Shown here: positions 1-8,026 of the stretch, piece after piece
How the letters are laid out: the number at the start of each line of letters is the position of its first letter
Numbering within the stretch: the first letter of the stretch is position 1
Assembly (NCBI GenBank): GCA_963704705.1
Contig: OY969931.1
Span: 990,001-1,022,000 of the forward strand
Source: an uncultured bacterium
Lineage (GTDB): Bacteria > Patescibacteriota > Gracilibacteria > UBA1369 > PNNO01
DNA: 32,000 nucleotides
Reading direction: 5' to 3'
The notes under the pieces: model-generated
What the model was told of the DNA's origin: nothing
Databases searched by the model: none
The model's input: the letters and a program-made list of their open reading frames with translations, nothing else
Translations under genes and position numbers: made by a program

Positions 1-994
1 GAACAATATTGCCTCCCTGCCGTATGTTTCCGTTTAATGCTTTTAAAAATCCTGAAATAATTTTTTCAACTTCAGCAAAATTATTATAGATTTCTTTATC
101 CGAGGGGAATTTAGATTGAGGCGGGCCCAAATAGACTTCCGACACAACAGCACCAGGTAAAATAGCCAGATCAATTGCCTCAATTTTCGTTGCGTCTTTA
201 ATAAAAAGATCATAATCATAAGTAATTTCAAAATTCTTTTTTAACCATTCAAGATTCGCTTCACTATCCTTGATTGCTTTTTCACTTATATCAGACCCTA
301 TTGCCTTATAACCCATTAATAACGCCTCCATTAATACTGTGCCGCTTCCGCAAAACGGATCATAAATAGTACAGCCAACTTCCCCTTCACAAGCAAGATT
401 AATCATCATTTGTGCAAGTTTTGGAGGCAGCATTCCGCTTTTTGAATCACGAGCAGGACGTTCATAATCTCTAATCGAATATTTTTTAAAATTCTGAACA
501 GCTATTGTATGACCAAGTAGATATCTATTTCCGGAAATCTTAACTATATTCAGATCAGCTTGATTTTTGTCGAGTTTTTCTTCAAAAATCACTACACTTT
601 TAAGGTTCTCATTTGGCTTATTTAAGAAGCGTGCGCCTCTTCCCTCTTGCTTAAGTCCTTGTTTTAAAAATTTTAGAATATTTTTATGATTTTTTAAGAA
701 TTCATTGCTAAAATTATACAAATTTAATGCAAAAACCACTTTTTGATTATCATGACTAGTCAAATGCTGTAAAAACTTATTCTCAAGCTTCTGAATACTA
801 TCCGATTCATCAAAAAATTTAATAATTTTAATTGTTCCGCCTATTATTTCTAAAATTTTCGGCTCCAATTCATTCTCAAATTCCGCAATCCAAATCTCAT
901 TCCCAATAATTTCACCATCCAAATTAAAAAACGATCTTAACTCGGCAACTGATAATCGCCACTGACGTCCTAATAAAAATCCATACTTATGCAT
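1..994 (-). CDS. SAM-dependent methyltransferase, UPF0020/Trm11-like (N2-guanine / N6-adenine class); C-terminus runs off the left edge
   Basis: Not in the ORF track because no stop lies inside the window. My own reverse-strand translation from the ATG at 994-992 stays open to position 2: MHKYGFLLGRQWRLSVAELRSFF...YERPARDSKSGMLPPKLAQMMINLA...TIYDPFCGSGTVLMEALLMGYKAIGSDIS...SEVYLGPP. DPFCGSGT is SAM-binding motif I. LGPP is a degenerate (D/N/S)PP(Y/F) motif IV. Confidence 0.6.
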   Translation of the reverse strand, partial: MHKYGFLLGRQWRLSVAELRSFFNLDGEIIGNEIWIAEFENELEPKILEIIGGTIKIIKFFDESDSIQKLENKFLQHLTSHDNQKVVFALNLYNFSNEFLKNHKNILKFLKQGLKQEGRGARFLNKPNENLKSVVIFEEKLDKNQADLNIVKISGNRYLLGHTIAVQNFKKYSIRDYERPARDSKSGMLPPKLAQMMINLACEGEVGCTIYDPFCGSGTVLMEALLMGYKAIGSDISEKAIKDSEANLEWLKKNFEITYDYDLFIKDATKIEAIDLAILPGAVVSEVYLGPPQSKFPSDKEIYNNFAEVEKIISGFLKALNGNIRQGGNIV

Positions 995-1248
995 ATAAAA
1001 CCGATTACAATTACTAAAAAACAATTAACAACAATTACTATAACAGGTCTTTCAATAATTGCATCCTTAATTTTTGGATATTTTTTCGGATACTTACACC
1101 ATTTATATATATATCGCGATAATATTGAGATGGTTGGAGAAATAAATCATTGCATCAAGGCAAATTAATATAGTAAACTTGTGCACACCAGAGCCGAGCA
1201 ATGCGAGGGTCTAGCGAGCGTAAGCGAACTCATCACCAAATGAATTGC

Positions 1249-1740
1249 ATGAAAAAGCACAAACATATTCTTGTATTACTTGTTGAGAACGAACCAGGCG
1301 TTTTAAATCGTATTAGTTCTCTTATAAGAAGGCGCAGGTTTAATATTGAAAGCATCTCAGCCGGACATACCGAAAAAAAAGGCCTTACGCGCATTACTCT
1401 TGTTGTTAATGCTGAAAATACAAATGTTGAACAGGTAAGGGAGCAGCTTTATAAAATAATTCCTGTTATTAAAATCCGTGATATAACTGAGGAAAATATA
1501 TTTGCAGCTGAAGTTGTACTCGTAAAAGTAAAGGCAGATTCACAAAAACGTGCTGATGTGCAACAAATAGCTGATTTATTTAAAGCAAAAATTATACATG
1601 TTGAAAAAGATATGATAATGATGATGGTAGCGGGCGAAGAAGACAAAGTAAGTTCATTTTTGGATATGATTAAACCCTTTGGTATAGTTGAAATGGTACG
1701 AACAGGTGTAACAGCAATGAATAAGGATAAAACTTTATAA
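1249..1740 (+). CDS. ilvH: Acetolactate synthase small (regulatory) subunit, ACT domain
   Basis: ILVLLVENEPGVLNRISSLIRRRRFNIESISAGHTEKKGLTRITLVV is the classic IlvH/IlvN N-terminal ACT signature. The start is moved from the track start 1201 to the ATG at 1249 (MKKHKHILV), which gives the usual length. Confidence 0.85.
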   Translation: MKKHKHILVLLVENEPGVLNRISSLIRRRRFNIESISAGHTEKKGLTRITLVVNAENTNVEQVREQLYKIIPVIKIRDITEENIFAAEVVLVKVKADSQKRADVQQIADLFKAKIIHVEKDMIMMMVAGEEDKVSSFLDMIKPFGIVEMVRTGVTAMNKDKTL

Positions 1741-1760
1741 ATAATTAACTTAAAAATACT

Positions 1761-2267
1761 ATGGCAATGTCATTGAATAAGGTTCAGTTAATCGGGAACC
1801 TCACACGCGATCCAGAGATGCGTCAAATTCCTGGAGGACAGGTTGTAGCTTCTTTCGGGCTTGCAACAAACTTATCTTGGACTGACCAATCAGGTCAAAG
1901 ACAAGACAAACCTGAATTTCACAATATTGTAGCATGGAGAAAACTTGCTGAAATTTGCGGACAATATCTAAAAAAAGGCAGTAAATGTTATATCGAAGGA
2001 AGAATTCAGACCCGAAACTGGGAAGCTGAAGACGGCAGCAAAAGATACCGAACTGAAATCGTTGCTGACAATATGATCATGCTTGACCGTAAAGGCGATT
2101 TTGCCGGTGATTCAGGAGCAAATATGCAATCTGATCATGCTGGTTTAGATCAGGGTCCATCTCCTGAACCTGATTATGACCAAACTCCTGCGCCGGAACA
2201 ATCTGCAGCACCTGCGGCAGCTCAGAGACAGGAAGACGAAGTAACAGTTGACGATCTTCCTTTCTAA
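1761..2267 (+). CDS. ssb: Single-stranded DNA-binding protein
   Basis: OB-fold N-terminus LNKVQLIGNLTRDPEMRQIPGG..VASFGLATN...FHNIVAWRKLAEICGQYLKKGSKCYIEGRIQTRNWE. This is followed by a Pro/Gln/Ala-rich linker and the acidic tip DDLPF typical of bacterial SSB. Confidence 0.9.
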   Translation: MAMSLNKVQLIGNLTRDPEMRQIPGGQVVASFGLATNLSWTDQSGQRQDKPEFHNIVAWRKLAEICGQYLKKGSKCYIEGRIQTRNWEAEDGSKRYRTEIVADNMIMLDRKGDFAGDSGANMQSDHAGLDQGPSPEPDYDQTPAPEQSAAPAAAQRQEDEVTVDDLPF

Positions 2268-2304
2268 CAGAGTCGAAGACAAAATATTTAACAAATCGCT
2301 CAAA

Positions 2305-3285
2305 ATGAAACTATATTATGATAATGATGCCGATTTATCAGTAATCAAAGGTAAAAAAATAGCTGTTATTGGTTATGGATCACAAGGCACGGCTCAGGCA
2401 TTAATGCTGCATGATTCGGGAATGGATGTTGTAGTTGGATTAAGAAAAGGCGGAAAGTCATGGAAAAACGCAGAAGCTGACGGTTTGAAGGTATTACCAA
2501 TTAGCGAGGCAGCTAAACAGGCTGACATTATTCATATTTTATTACCTGATGAAGTACAGGGAGCGGTTTATGAAAATGAAATAAAAGAACATGTAATAGG
2601 AGGAAAAACTTTATGCTGCTCTCATGGTTTTAATATTGTTTATAAACAAATTATACCGCCCGATGATGTTGATGTAATAATGGTTGCTCCTAAATCTCCT
2701 GGTTCCGAAGAAAGAAAAGCATATTTGGGAGGAGGAGGGGTACCTGCGTTAGTTGCGGTTAATCAAAACGCTTCAGGAGGTGCATTTGAAACAGGCTTGG
2801 CCTTGGCAAAAGCAATGCAATTTACCAAAGCAGGTGTTCTTGAATGCAGTTTTGAAGATGAAACATATGAAGATTTATTTGGTGAGCAGGCTGTGTTATG
2901 CGGCGGTGTTACTGAACTTGTAAAAAAAGGGTTCGAAGTATTGATTGAAGCCGGCTATCCGGCTGAAATGGCATATTTTGAATGCCTTCATGAACTTAAA
3001 TTAATTGTAGATTTAATTCAGAAAAAAGGTATAAGCGGAATGTATGCGGAAGTATCAAATACAGCAGAATATGGTGGTCAAACCAGAGGTGAAAGAATAA
3101 TTGATGACCGTGTAAAAGAAAATATGAAAAAATTATTAAAAGAAGTTGAAGACGGAACCTTCGCCAACGAATGGATTTCCGAATTTGGTGGTTGCATGGA
3201 AAAACTGCAAGAATTAAGGCAAAAATCCGAAATCCACCCGATAGAAATTGAAGGAAAAAAGATTCGAAATCTTTTCAATTTTTAA
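2305..3285 (+). CDS. ilvC: Ketol-acid reductoisomerase (class I KARI)
   Basis: KIAVIGYGSQGTAQALMLHDSGMDVVVGLR Rossmann motif, plus LFGEQAVLCGG and EYGGQTRG motifs. The start is moved from 2248 to the ATG at 2305 (MKLYYDNDADLSVIKGKK). The track start overlaps ssb and adds non-homologous residues. Confidence 0.92.
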   Translation: MKLYYDNDADLSVIKGKKIAVIGYGSQGTAQALMLHDSGMDVVVGLRKGGKSWKNAEADGLKVLPISEAAKQADIIHILLPDEVQGAVYENEIKEHVIGGKTLCCSHGFNIVYKQIIPPDDVDVIMVAPKSPGSEERKAYLGGGGVPALVAVNQNASGGAFETGLALAKAMQFTKAGVLECSFEDETYEDLFGEQAVLCGGVTELVKKGFEVLIEAGYPAEMAYFECLHELKLIVDLIQKKGISGMYAEVSNTAEYGGQTRGERIIDDRVKENMKKLLKEVEDGTFANEWISEFGGCMEKLQELRQKSEIHPIEIEGKKIRNLFNF

Positions 3286-3306
3286 TAAATATTTTTCTTA
3301 ACAAAA

Positions 3307-3335
3307 GTTTACTTGCGGTAAACAGTATTTTTGTT
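3307..3335 (+). terminator. Weak intrinsic-terminator candidate after ilvC
   Basis: Stem gtttac (3307-3312) pairs with gtaaac (3318-3323), loop ttgcg. A TTTTT run at 3328-3332 follows four nt later. The stem is only 6 bp and AT-rich. Confidence 0.3.
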
Positions 3336-3367
3336 ATATTTTACTTATTGGTAATAATCAAAATATT

Positions 3368-3817
3368 ATGAAGAAAATTTTAGTACTTTCTATTAGTGTA
3401 TTAATGCTAACCAGTTTTAATTCTTGTACTGCTGAACAAAATACCGAAGATTTACAAACAAATATAATGCAAATTAATACATATGAAATCACTGCTGCGG
3501 ATGTTAATGAAAAAATTAAAAATGCAGAAGACTTTCATTTAATCGATGTTCGCACACCAGAAGAAAACGCTGAATTGAAAATCCCAAATTCAAAATTAAT
3601 GGTTCTTAATGAACTTGCTGACACTATAATTAATGATGAAGAGATTGCTTTTAATGATGAAATAGTCGTTTACTGCAGATCAGGCAACAGAAGTAAAACT
3701 GCCTATGACATATTAACACAACTTGGCTATACAAATGTGAAAAGTATGTCAGGAGGTATTAATGAATGGGAAAATTTAGGATATAATACCTGCAGTGAGT
3801 TAAATAAAACTTGCTAA
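3368..3817 (+). CDS. Secreted (possibly lipoprotein) single-domain rhodanese sulfurtransferase
   Basis: Signal peptide MKKILVLSISVLMLTSFNSC with an imperfect lipobox. Rhodanese active-site loop VVYCRSGNRSKTAYDILTQLGYTNVKSMSGGINEW. Confidence 0.8.
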   Translation: MKKILVLSISVLMLTSFNSCTAEQNTEDLQTNIMQINTYEITAADVNEKIKNAEDFHLIDVRTPEENAELKIPNSKLMVLNELADTIINDEEIAFNDEIVVYCRSGNRSKTAYDILTQLGYTNVKSMSGGINEWENLGYNTCSELNKTC

Positions 3818-3820
3818 TAT

Positions 3821-4312
3821 ATGCTCAACTATTATAAACCAATTAAAAAATATTTAGCTGCATTAATTGTAGTGCTTATTGCCCTTATAATATATTTAAG
3901 TGCAATGATCTTTACGGAAGATAATTATGAGTGGTTTCTTAATTTAAAAAAACCCGCATATCAACCTGAAGCATGGGTATTTATGCTTGTTTGGGCCGTG
4001 CTTTTTGCCTTAATTGCTGCTTCAGCAATTATTATTTTATTCAGTAATAAACAAAATAGAAAAAAATGCAATTTTGTAATAATGCTTTTTATTATTAATG
4101 CATTATTGAATGCGATTTTTAATCTGGCAATGTTTGGGCTGCACAATTTATTAATGGCGATAATTATACTCCCGTTTTATTTAGCTTCAATATTCGTTCT
4201 TATTTATTGCTCATATAAAGTAAATAAAATAGCTGCATATTTACTTGTGCCTTATGCACTTTGGTCAATATATGCAACCATTTTAACGGTTTCATTTATG
4301 TTAATTAATTAG
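3821..4312 (+). CDS. tspO: TspO/MBR family tryptophan-rich sensory protein (5-TM)
   Basis: WFLNLKKPAYQPEAWVFMLVWAVLFALIA and C-terminal LLVPYALWSIYATILT match my memory of the TspO family signature. Five hydrophobic segments. Confidence 0.7.
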   Translation: MLNYYKPIKKYLAALIVVLIALIIYLSAMIFTEDNYEWFLNLKKPAYQPEAWVFMLVWAVLFALIAASAIIILFSNKQNRKKCNFVIMLFIINALLNAIFNLAMFGLHNLLMAIIILPFYLASIFVLIYCSYKVNKIAAYLLVPYALWSIYATILTVSFMLIN

Positions 4313-5423
4313 AATTCCCTTTTCTTTTCATTGCATCATCTTGCTTTTTAAAGTCTTTTATTTGTGCTAATAAACTATCTTGTTCAGTTGCAGAAAGTTC
4401 TGATCTTTTTATTAGCTTTTGCATTGTTTCGAATTCAGATTCTGTTATTTCACCATCTTCCATCATTTTAAACATCTCTTCTTTTAATGAAGAAGGCAGA
4501 CCTCCGAACTTTTCGTTAACAATCTGTTTTTGAATATCTATCATGTAGCCTTCAATTCTGTTCATTAATAACTGATATGCACTGTCATCGATTTTGCCGG
4601 ATTTAAGTTCGTTATCAACGATATCTTTTAATCTGTACAATTCAGCTTCGCAGCGTTTTGCTTTCATTTTATATTCACTGTAAGTGTCATCAATTTGATT
4701 CATGTATTTTGAAATAGATTTTTGCTTTCTTTTTGCGGCAAAAGTAAAGCCTGTAGCAGCAAGTATAACAGCGATAATTGTTAAAATTATTCCCAAATTA
4801 TTCCAAAGCCATGTTAAAAAGTTAAAAGGTTTAGCATTATTTTTAATTTGTTCATCAGTTAATGCTGGTTTTTCATTTAATGTGTCTTTAGGTTCTTCCA
4901 TTTGCATAGCTCGTTCTCTTTCCAGGTTATCGTAAAAAGCCTGAGGCATAAAATGACTAACTGTATTACTGCAACCTCTTCTGTTATCGGTTGTAATAAC
5001 ACAAACTCTCATAAAATTATCTCCAACTGGTAATGGTTCATCCCATACATAATGTGTTTTATTTTGATCTTCAAAATTCTCAATAAAGCCAAATTCAGGA
5101 TAATATAAATTCGGATCATCCTGGTCGTGTAATATCCTATAACTAAGAAAATCAGGTCCATTGTACTTGCTCCAAGTTAATTCAGGTCTGCCATCATCCA
5201 ATAAATTGAAATCTAAATTTACTTCAAGTGTTGCATCATCAGTATATGGGTCATCGGGGTTCAAAGGGATTGGCTCCAAAGGCATTGGTTGTATTTGCAG
5301 AGGCTCAAGAACAGGTTGTAATTCAATTGCCTGTTGTTCAAGAATTATATTCGGATCTTCAGCAAAAGCAGTATTGCTTAAAGCAATAAAACTTAGAATT
5401 AAAACTGATATTAATTTTTTCAT
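4305..5423 (-). CDS. Single-pass membrane protein: signal peptide, FN3-like ectodomain, TM helix, cytoplasmic coiled coil with two SHOCT-like motifs
   Basis: MKKLISVLILSFIALSNTAFA signal peptide. RPELTWSKYNGPDFLSYRILHD is an FN3-like strand pattern. The TM helix is FNFLTWLWNNLGIILTIIAVILAATGFTFAA. The tail carries LKSGKIDDSAYQLLMNRI and MEDGEITESEFETMQKLIKR, which resemble G-x-I-T-x-x-E-F SHOCT motifs. Confidence 0.6.
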   Translation of the reverse strand: MKKLISVLILSFIALSNTAFAEDPNIILEQQAIELQPVLEPLQIQPMPLEPIPLNPDDPYTDDATLEVNLDFNLLDDGRPELTWSKYNGPDFLSYRILHDQDDPNLYYPEFGFIENFEDQNKTHYVWDEPLPVGDNFMRVCVITTDNRRGCSNTVSHFMPQAFYDNLERERAMQMEEPKDTLNEKPALTDEQIKNNAKPFNFLTWLWNNLGIILTIIAVILAATGFTFAAKRKQKSISKYMNQIDDTYSEYKMKAKRCEAELYRLKDIVDNELKSGKIDDSAYQLLMNRIEGYMIDIQKQIVNEKFGGLPSSLKEEMFKMMEDGEITESEFETMQKLIKRSELSATEQDSLLAQIKDFKKQDDAMKRKGNSN

Positions 5424-5488
5424 AAATAGTGTATTAATTGTTGTCGGGTCTATTATAATGAAATAACTAAATAATTAAACGTTAAATT

Positions 5489-6631
5489 GTGAAAATCGGA
5501 CTGGCAATTACAGCAAAATCTACATTCACATTAATAAATAATTTATTTTGGTTCTATGTTCCTGTTTATTTAATAGATAAAGGATTTTCAGGATGGCATG
5601 TAGGAATTTTTGTAGGACTCGCAAGTTTGGTTTCAATAATAACAATATTACCTGCAGGTATTGCAAATGATAGGATTAAATCTAAAAAAATAATTATTTA
5701 TTCATTATTTTTTAGCATAATTTACTATTTAGGATTAATAACTACTGAAAATGTAATTTTATTGGGAGCTGCATTTATACTTGGAGGTCTTGGAAAAAAT
5801 ATTTTTAATGTTTCAATTGATGCTTTAACTTTTAAAATAATTGAAAAGAAAAAATCTTCAATTCAAATTGGAAAATATTTAGCCTGGAATACTTTTGGTG
5901 CAATTTTAGGATTTATTATTGGTGGATATGCGATTACAAATTTTGGTTATAATAGTACGTTAATTGGCATTCTAACTTTGCTTGTTATTTTAATTTTTGG
6001 GTCTTCATTTTTGCCAATTACTCAAACAATAAAAGTTAAATTGTTTAAATATCGTAAAGATTTATTTAATAAAGAAGTATTATTTTTTATATTTATTGTA
6101 TTTTTATTTACATTGCATTATGGAGCAGAAGCCACCTCTTATTCTTTATTTTTAAGAGAAAATTTTACATTAAATTTATATAATGTTGGATTATTTATTG
6201 CTGGAGCAAATATATTTTTAATAATAGGAAACTGGATTTTCGCAAATAAGGTTCAAAACGGATTTGATCCAAAAAAAGTTTTCTATTTTGCTTTGATTGT
6301 TAGTGGATTGGGTCATATTTTATTTTCGATTCAAAGTGATGTGTGGTGGTCATTTGCATTTAGATGCTTTCATGAACTTGGCGATGGAGCGATGATATTC
6401 AGTATTTATTATGGAATTGTCAGGATCTTTAATATTGAAAGAATAGGAGGCAATTCAAGCTTCATTACTTTAATTACTATAATATCAAGTTCTGTTGGTG
6501 CATTTATTTTTGGACCGTTAGGTGAAAAATTTGGATATTATTTACCTTTATTAATAACAGGAGGAACAAATTTGCTGGCATTTTTAATGCTTTTCTATTT
6601 CAGCAAAAAAGTGTTGCCGAATAGAGCATAA
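5489..6631 (+). CDS. MFS-type transporter (GTG start)
   Basis: About 10-12 hydrophobic helices over 380 aa. The loop LPAGIANDRIKSKK after TM2 resembles MFS motif A (G-x-x-x-D-R-x-G-R-K/R). Substrate unknown. Confidence 0.65.
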   Translation: MKIGLAITAKSTFTLINNLFWFYVPVYLIDKGFSGWHVGIFVGLASLVSIITILPAGIANDRIKSKKIIIYSLFFSIIYYLGLITTENVILLGAAFILGGLGKNIFNVSIDALTFKIIEKKKSSIQIGKYLAWNTFGAILGFIIGGYAITNFGYNSTLIGILTLLVILIFGSSFLPITQTIKVKLFKYRKDLFNKEVLFFIFIVFLFTLHYGAEATSYSLFLRENFTLNLYNVGLFIAGANIFLIIGNWIFANKVQNGFDPKKVFYFALIVSGLGHILFSIQSDVWWSFAFRCFHELGDGAMIFSIYYGIVRIFNIERIGGNSSFITLITIISSSVGAFIFGPLGEKFGYYLPLLITGGTNLLAFLMLFYFSKKVLPNRA

Positions 6632-6669
6632 AAGTACTACACTGCTTAAGTATTTAAAAGAAAAGGCTT

Positions 6670-7689
6670 ATGCATATTGGATTAACCGGATACCTTGCCT
6701 GCGGCAAAGGAGAACTTGCTAAAATTTTACAAAAAAATGGATTTGAATACATTTCGTTATCAGATGTTGTCCGTAAATCAGCAACTGATCAAGGTTTAGA
6801 ACATACGCGCGAAAATTTACAAAAAGTAGGCAATGAATTACGTGCAAAATTCGGAAGCGGCCACTTTTCACGTGAAGTTCGTAAAGAAATTGAAGCAAAT
6901 CCTGATAAAAAATATGTGATTGATGGAATCAGAAATCCAATGGAAGCAAAAGAGTTGCAGGCTTTACCTGATTTTTACTTAGTTGGAATTAGCGCAAAGC
7001 CCGAAACAATTGTAGAAAGAGTATTATCACGAAAAAGAGAAGGTGATAATTTAACTAAAGAAGATATTTTGGCGAAACTCGACATTGAAAAAGGAAAAAA
7101 TCAACCAACAGATGGTCAACAAGTGGCAAAATGTTTAGAAATGGTCAACTTTTTAATAATAAATGAAGGAAGTTTAGAAGAAGTTGAAAAAAAGATAGAA
7201 CACTTTTTAGGAATTCTTAATGGAACACAGCGTCCAACATTCGATGAAGTATTTATGGGCAATGCAGTTAACTGGTCTCAAAGATCAACATGTTTAAGAA
7301 GAAAAGTAGGTTCTGTAATTTCAAAAGATAATCAACAATTAACAGCCGGGTACAATGGTGCACCACGAACAATGAAGCATTGCGCTGAACTTGGTGGCTG
7401 TCTTCGCGAAAAACTTGGAATTCCTTCAGGTCAGCGCCACGAAATTTGCCGCGGAACACATGCAGAACAAAATGCGATTACCCAAGCTGCAAAATTCGGC
7501 ATTACAATCGAAGGCGGAACACTTTATTGCAACACTCACCCATGCAGTATTTGCACAAAAATGATTATTAACGCAGGAATAACTAAAGTAGTTTATGACT
7601 CTGACTACGATGATGCACTTTCAAAAGAAATGCTTGGTGAACAAACAGCATTGGAATTGGTGAGGTTTGAAGGATTAAGAAGCTTGTAA
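6670..7689 (+). CDS. Fusion protein: N-terminal UPF0200/adenylate-kinase-like P-loop domain plus C-terminal dCMP (deoxycytidylate) deaminase
   Basis: The N-terminal half has MHIGLTGYLACGKGELAKIL...YVIDGIRNPMEAKEL...VNFLIINEGSLEEVEKKIEHFL, a dephospho-CoA-kinase/UPF0200-like layout. The C-terminal half has the zinc deaminase motifs CRGTHAEQNAI and THPCSICTKMIINAGITKVVY (HAE...PCxxC, ComEB-type). Confidence 0.8.
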   Translation: MHIGLTGYLACGKGELAKILQKNGFEYISLSDVVRKSATDQGLEHTRENLQKVGNELRAKFGSGHFSREVRKEIEANPDKKYVIDGIRNPMEAKELQALPDFYLVGISAKPETIVERVLSRKREGDNLTKEDILAKLDIEKGKNQPTDGQQVAKCLEMVNFLIINEGSLEEVEKKIEHFLGILNGTQRPTFDEVFMGNAVNWSQRSTCLRRKVGSVISKDNQQLTAGYNGAPRTMKHCAELGGCLREKLGIPSGQRHEICRGTHAEQNAITQAAKFGITIEGGTLYCNTHPCSICTKMIINAGITKVVYDSDYDDALSKEMLGEQTALELVRFEGLRSL

Positions 7690-7690
7690 T

Positions 7691-8017
7691 TTAATATTTT
7701 CTTTTTAAATCTTTATATCTTCTTATTAAAGAAACAACTAAAGCAATATATAAAACAGTAAACAAAACTCCAACAAATATATTCAGACCACTCAAAGTTT
7801 TATTTTCAGAATTTGTAAAATCAATTATTGCATATACTAAAAAACCTATATAAATCAAATCTGCCAATATAAAAACCAGTAATAATCTAATGGGAGAGCC
7901 CGGCCATTTCAAATAATGCGGAACTCTTCCCCCGGTATAATACCCAGGTTCAAACTGATGTCTCTGCCATTCCTGATGGCCATCTATGTAATCCGGTTTA
8001 TTTTCTTCATTTTTCAT
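7691..8017 (-). CDS. Small two-TM membrane protein, unknown function
   Basis: 108-aa ORF with two hydrophobic helices (IRLLLVFILADLIYIGFLVYAII and LNIFVGVLFTVLYIALVVSLI). It lies 9 nt downstream of the helicase gene on the same strand. I recognise no family. Confidence 0.45.
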   Translation of the reverse strand: MKNEENKPDYIDGHQEWQRHQFEPGYYTGGRVPHYLKWPGSPIRLLLVFILADLIYIGFLVYAIIDFTNSENKTLSGLNIFVGVLFTVLYIALVVSLIRRYKDLKRKY

Positions 8018-8026
8018 AAATATATT

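Noticed and set aside
1112-1121. Perfect 10-bp palindrome TATCGCGATA after a (TA)n run, in the divergent methyltransferase/ilvH intergenic region. Considered as a possible operator.
   Set aside because: It is too short to distinguish from chance. There is no second copy in the window and no adjacent regulator gene.
1201-1248. N-terminal extensions of track ORFs: ilvH from 1201, ilvC from 2248, EndoQ from 11339, yhhQ from the GTG at 20148, rpmB from 21118.
   Set aside because: The extensions add residues not found in the respective families and/or overlap the upstream gene. Internal ATGs (1249, 2305, 11261, 20178, 21079) give canonical N-termini and tight, non-overlapping packing.
1185-1248. 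Relatively GC-rich leader (cacaccagagccgagcaatgcgagggtctagcgagcgtaagcgaactcatcacc) upstream of ilvH, considered as a possible T-box, attenuator or leader peptide.
   Set aside because: I could not find the conserved T-box sequence, a convincing terminator/antiterminator pair, or a Leu/Val/Ile-rich leader peptide. Only imperfect 5-6-bp pairings are present. Worth a covariance-model scan (Rfam), but unsupported by eye.
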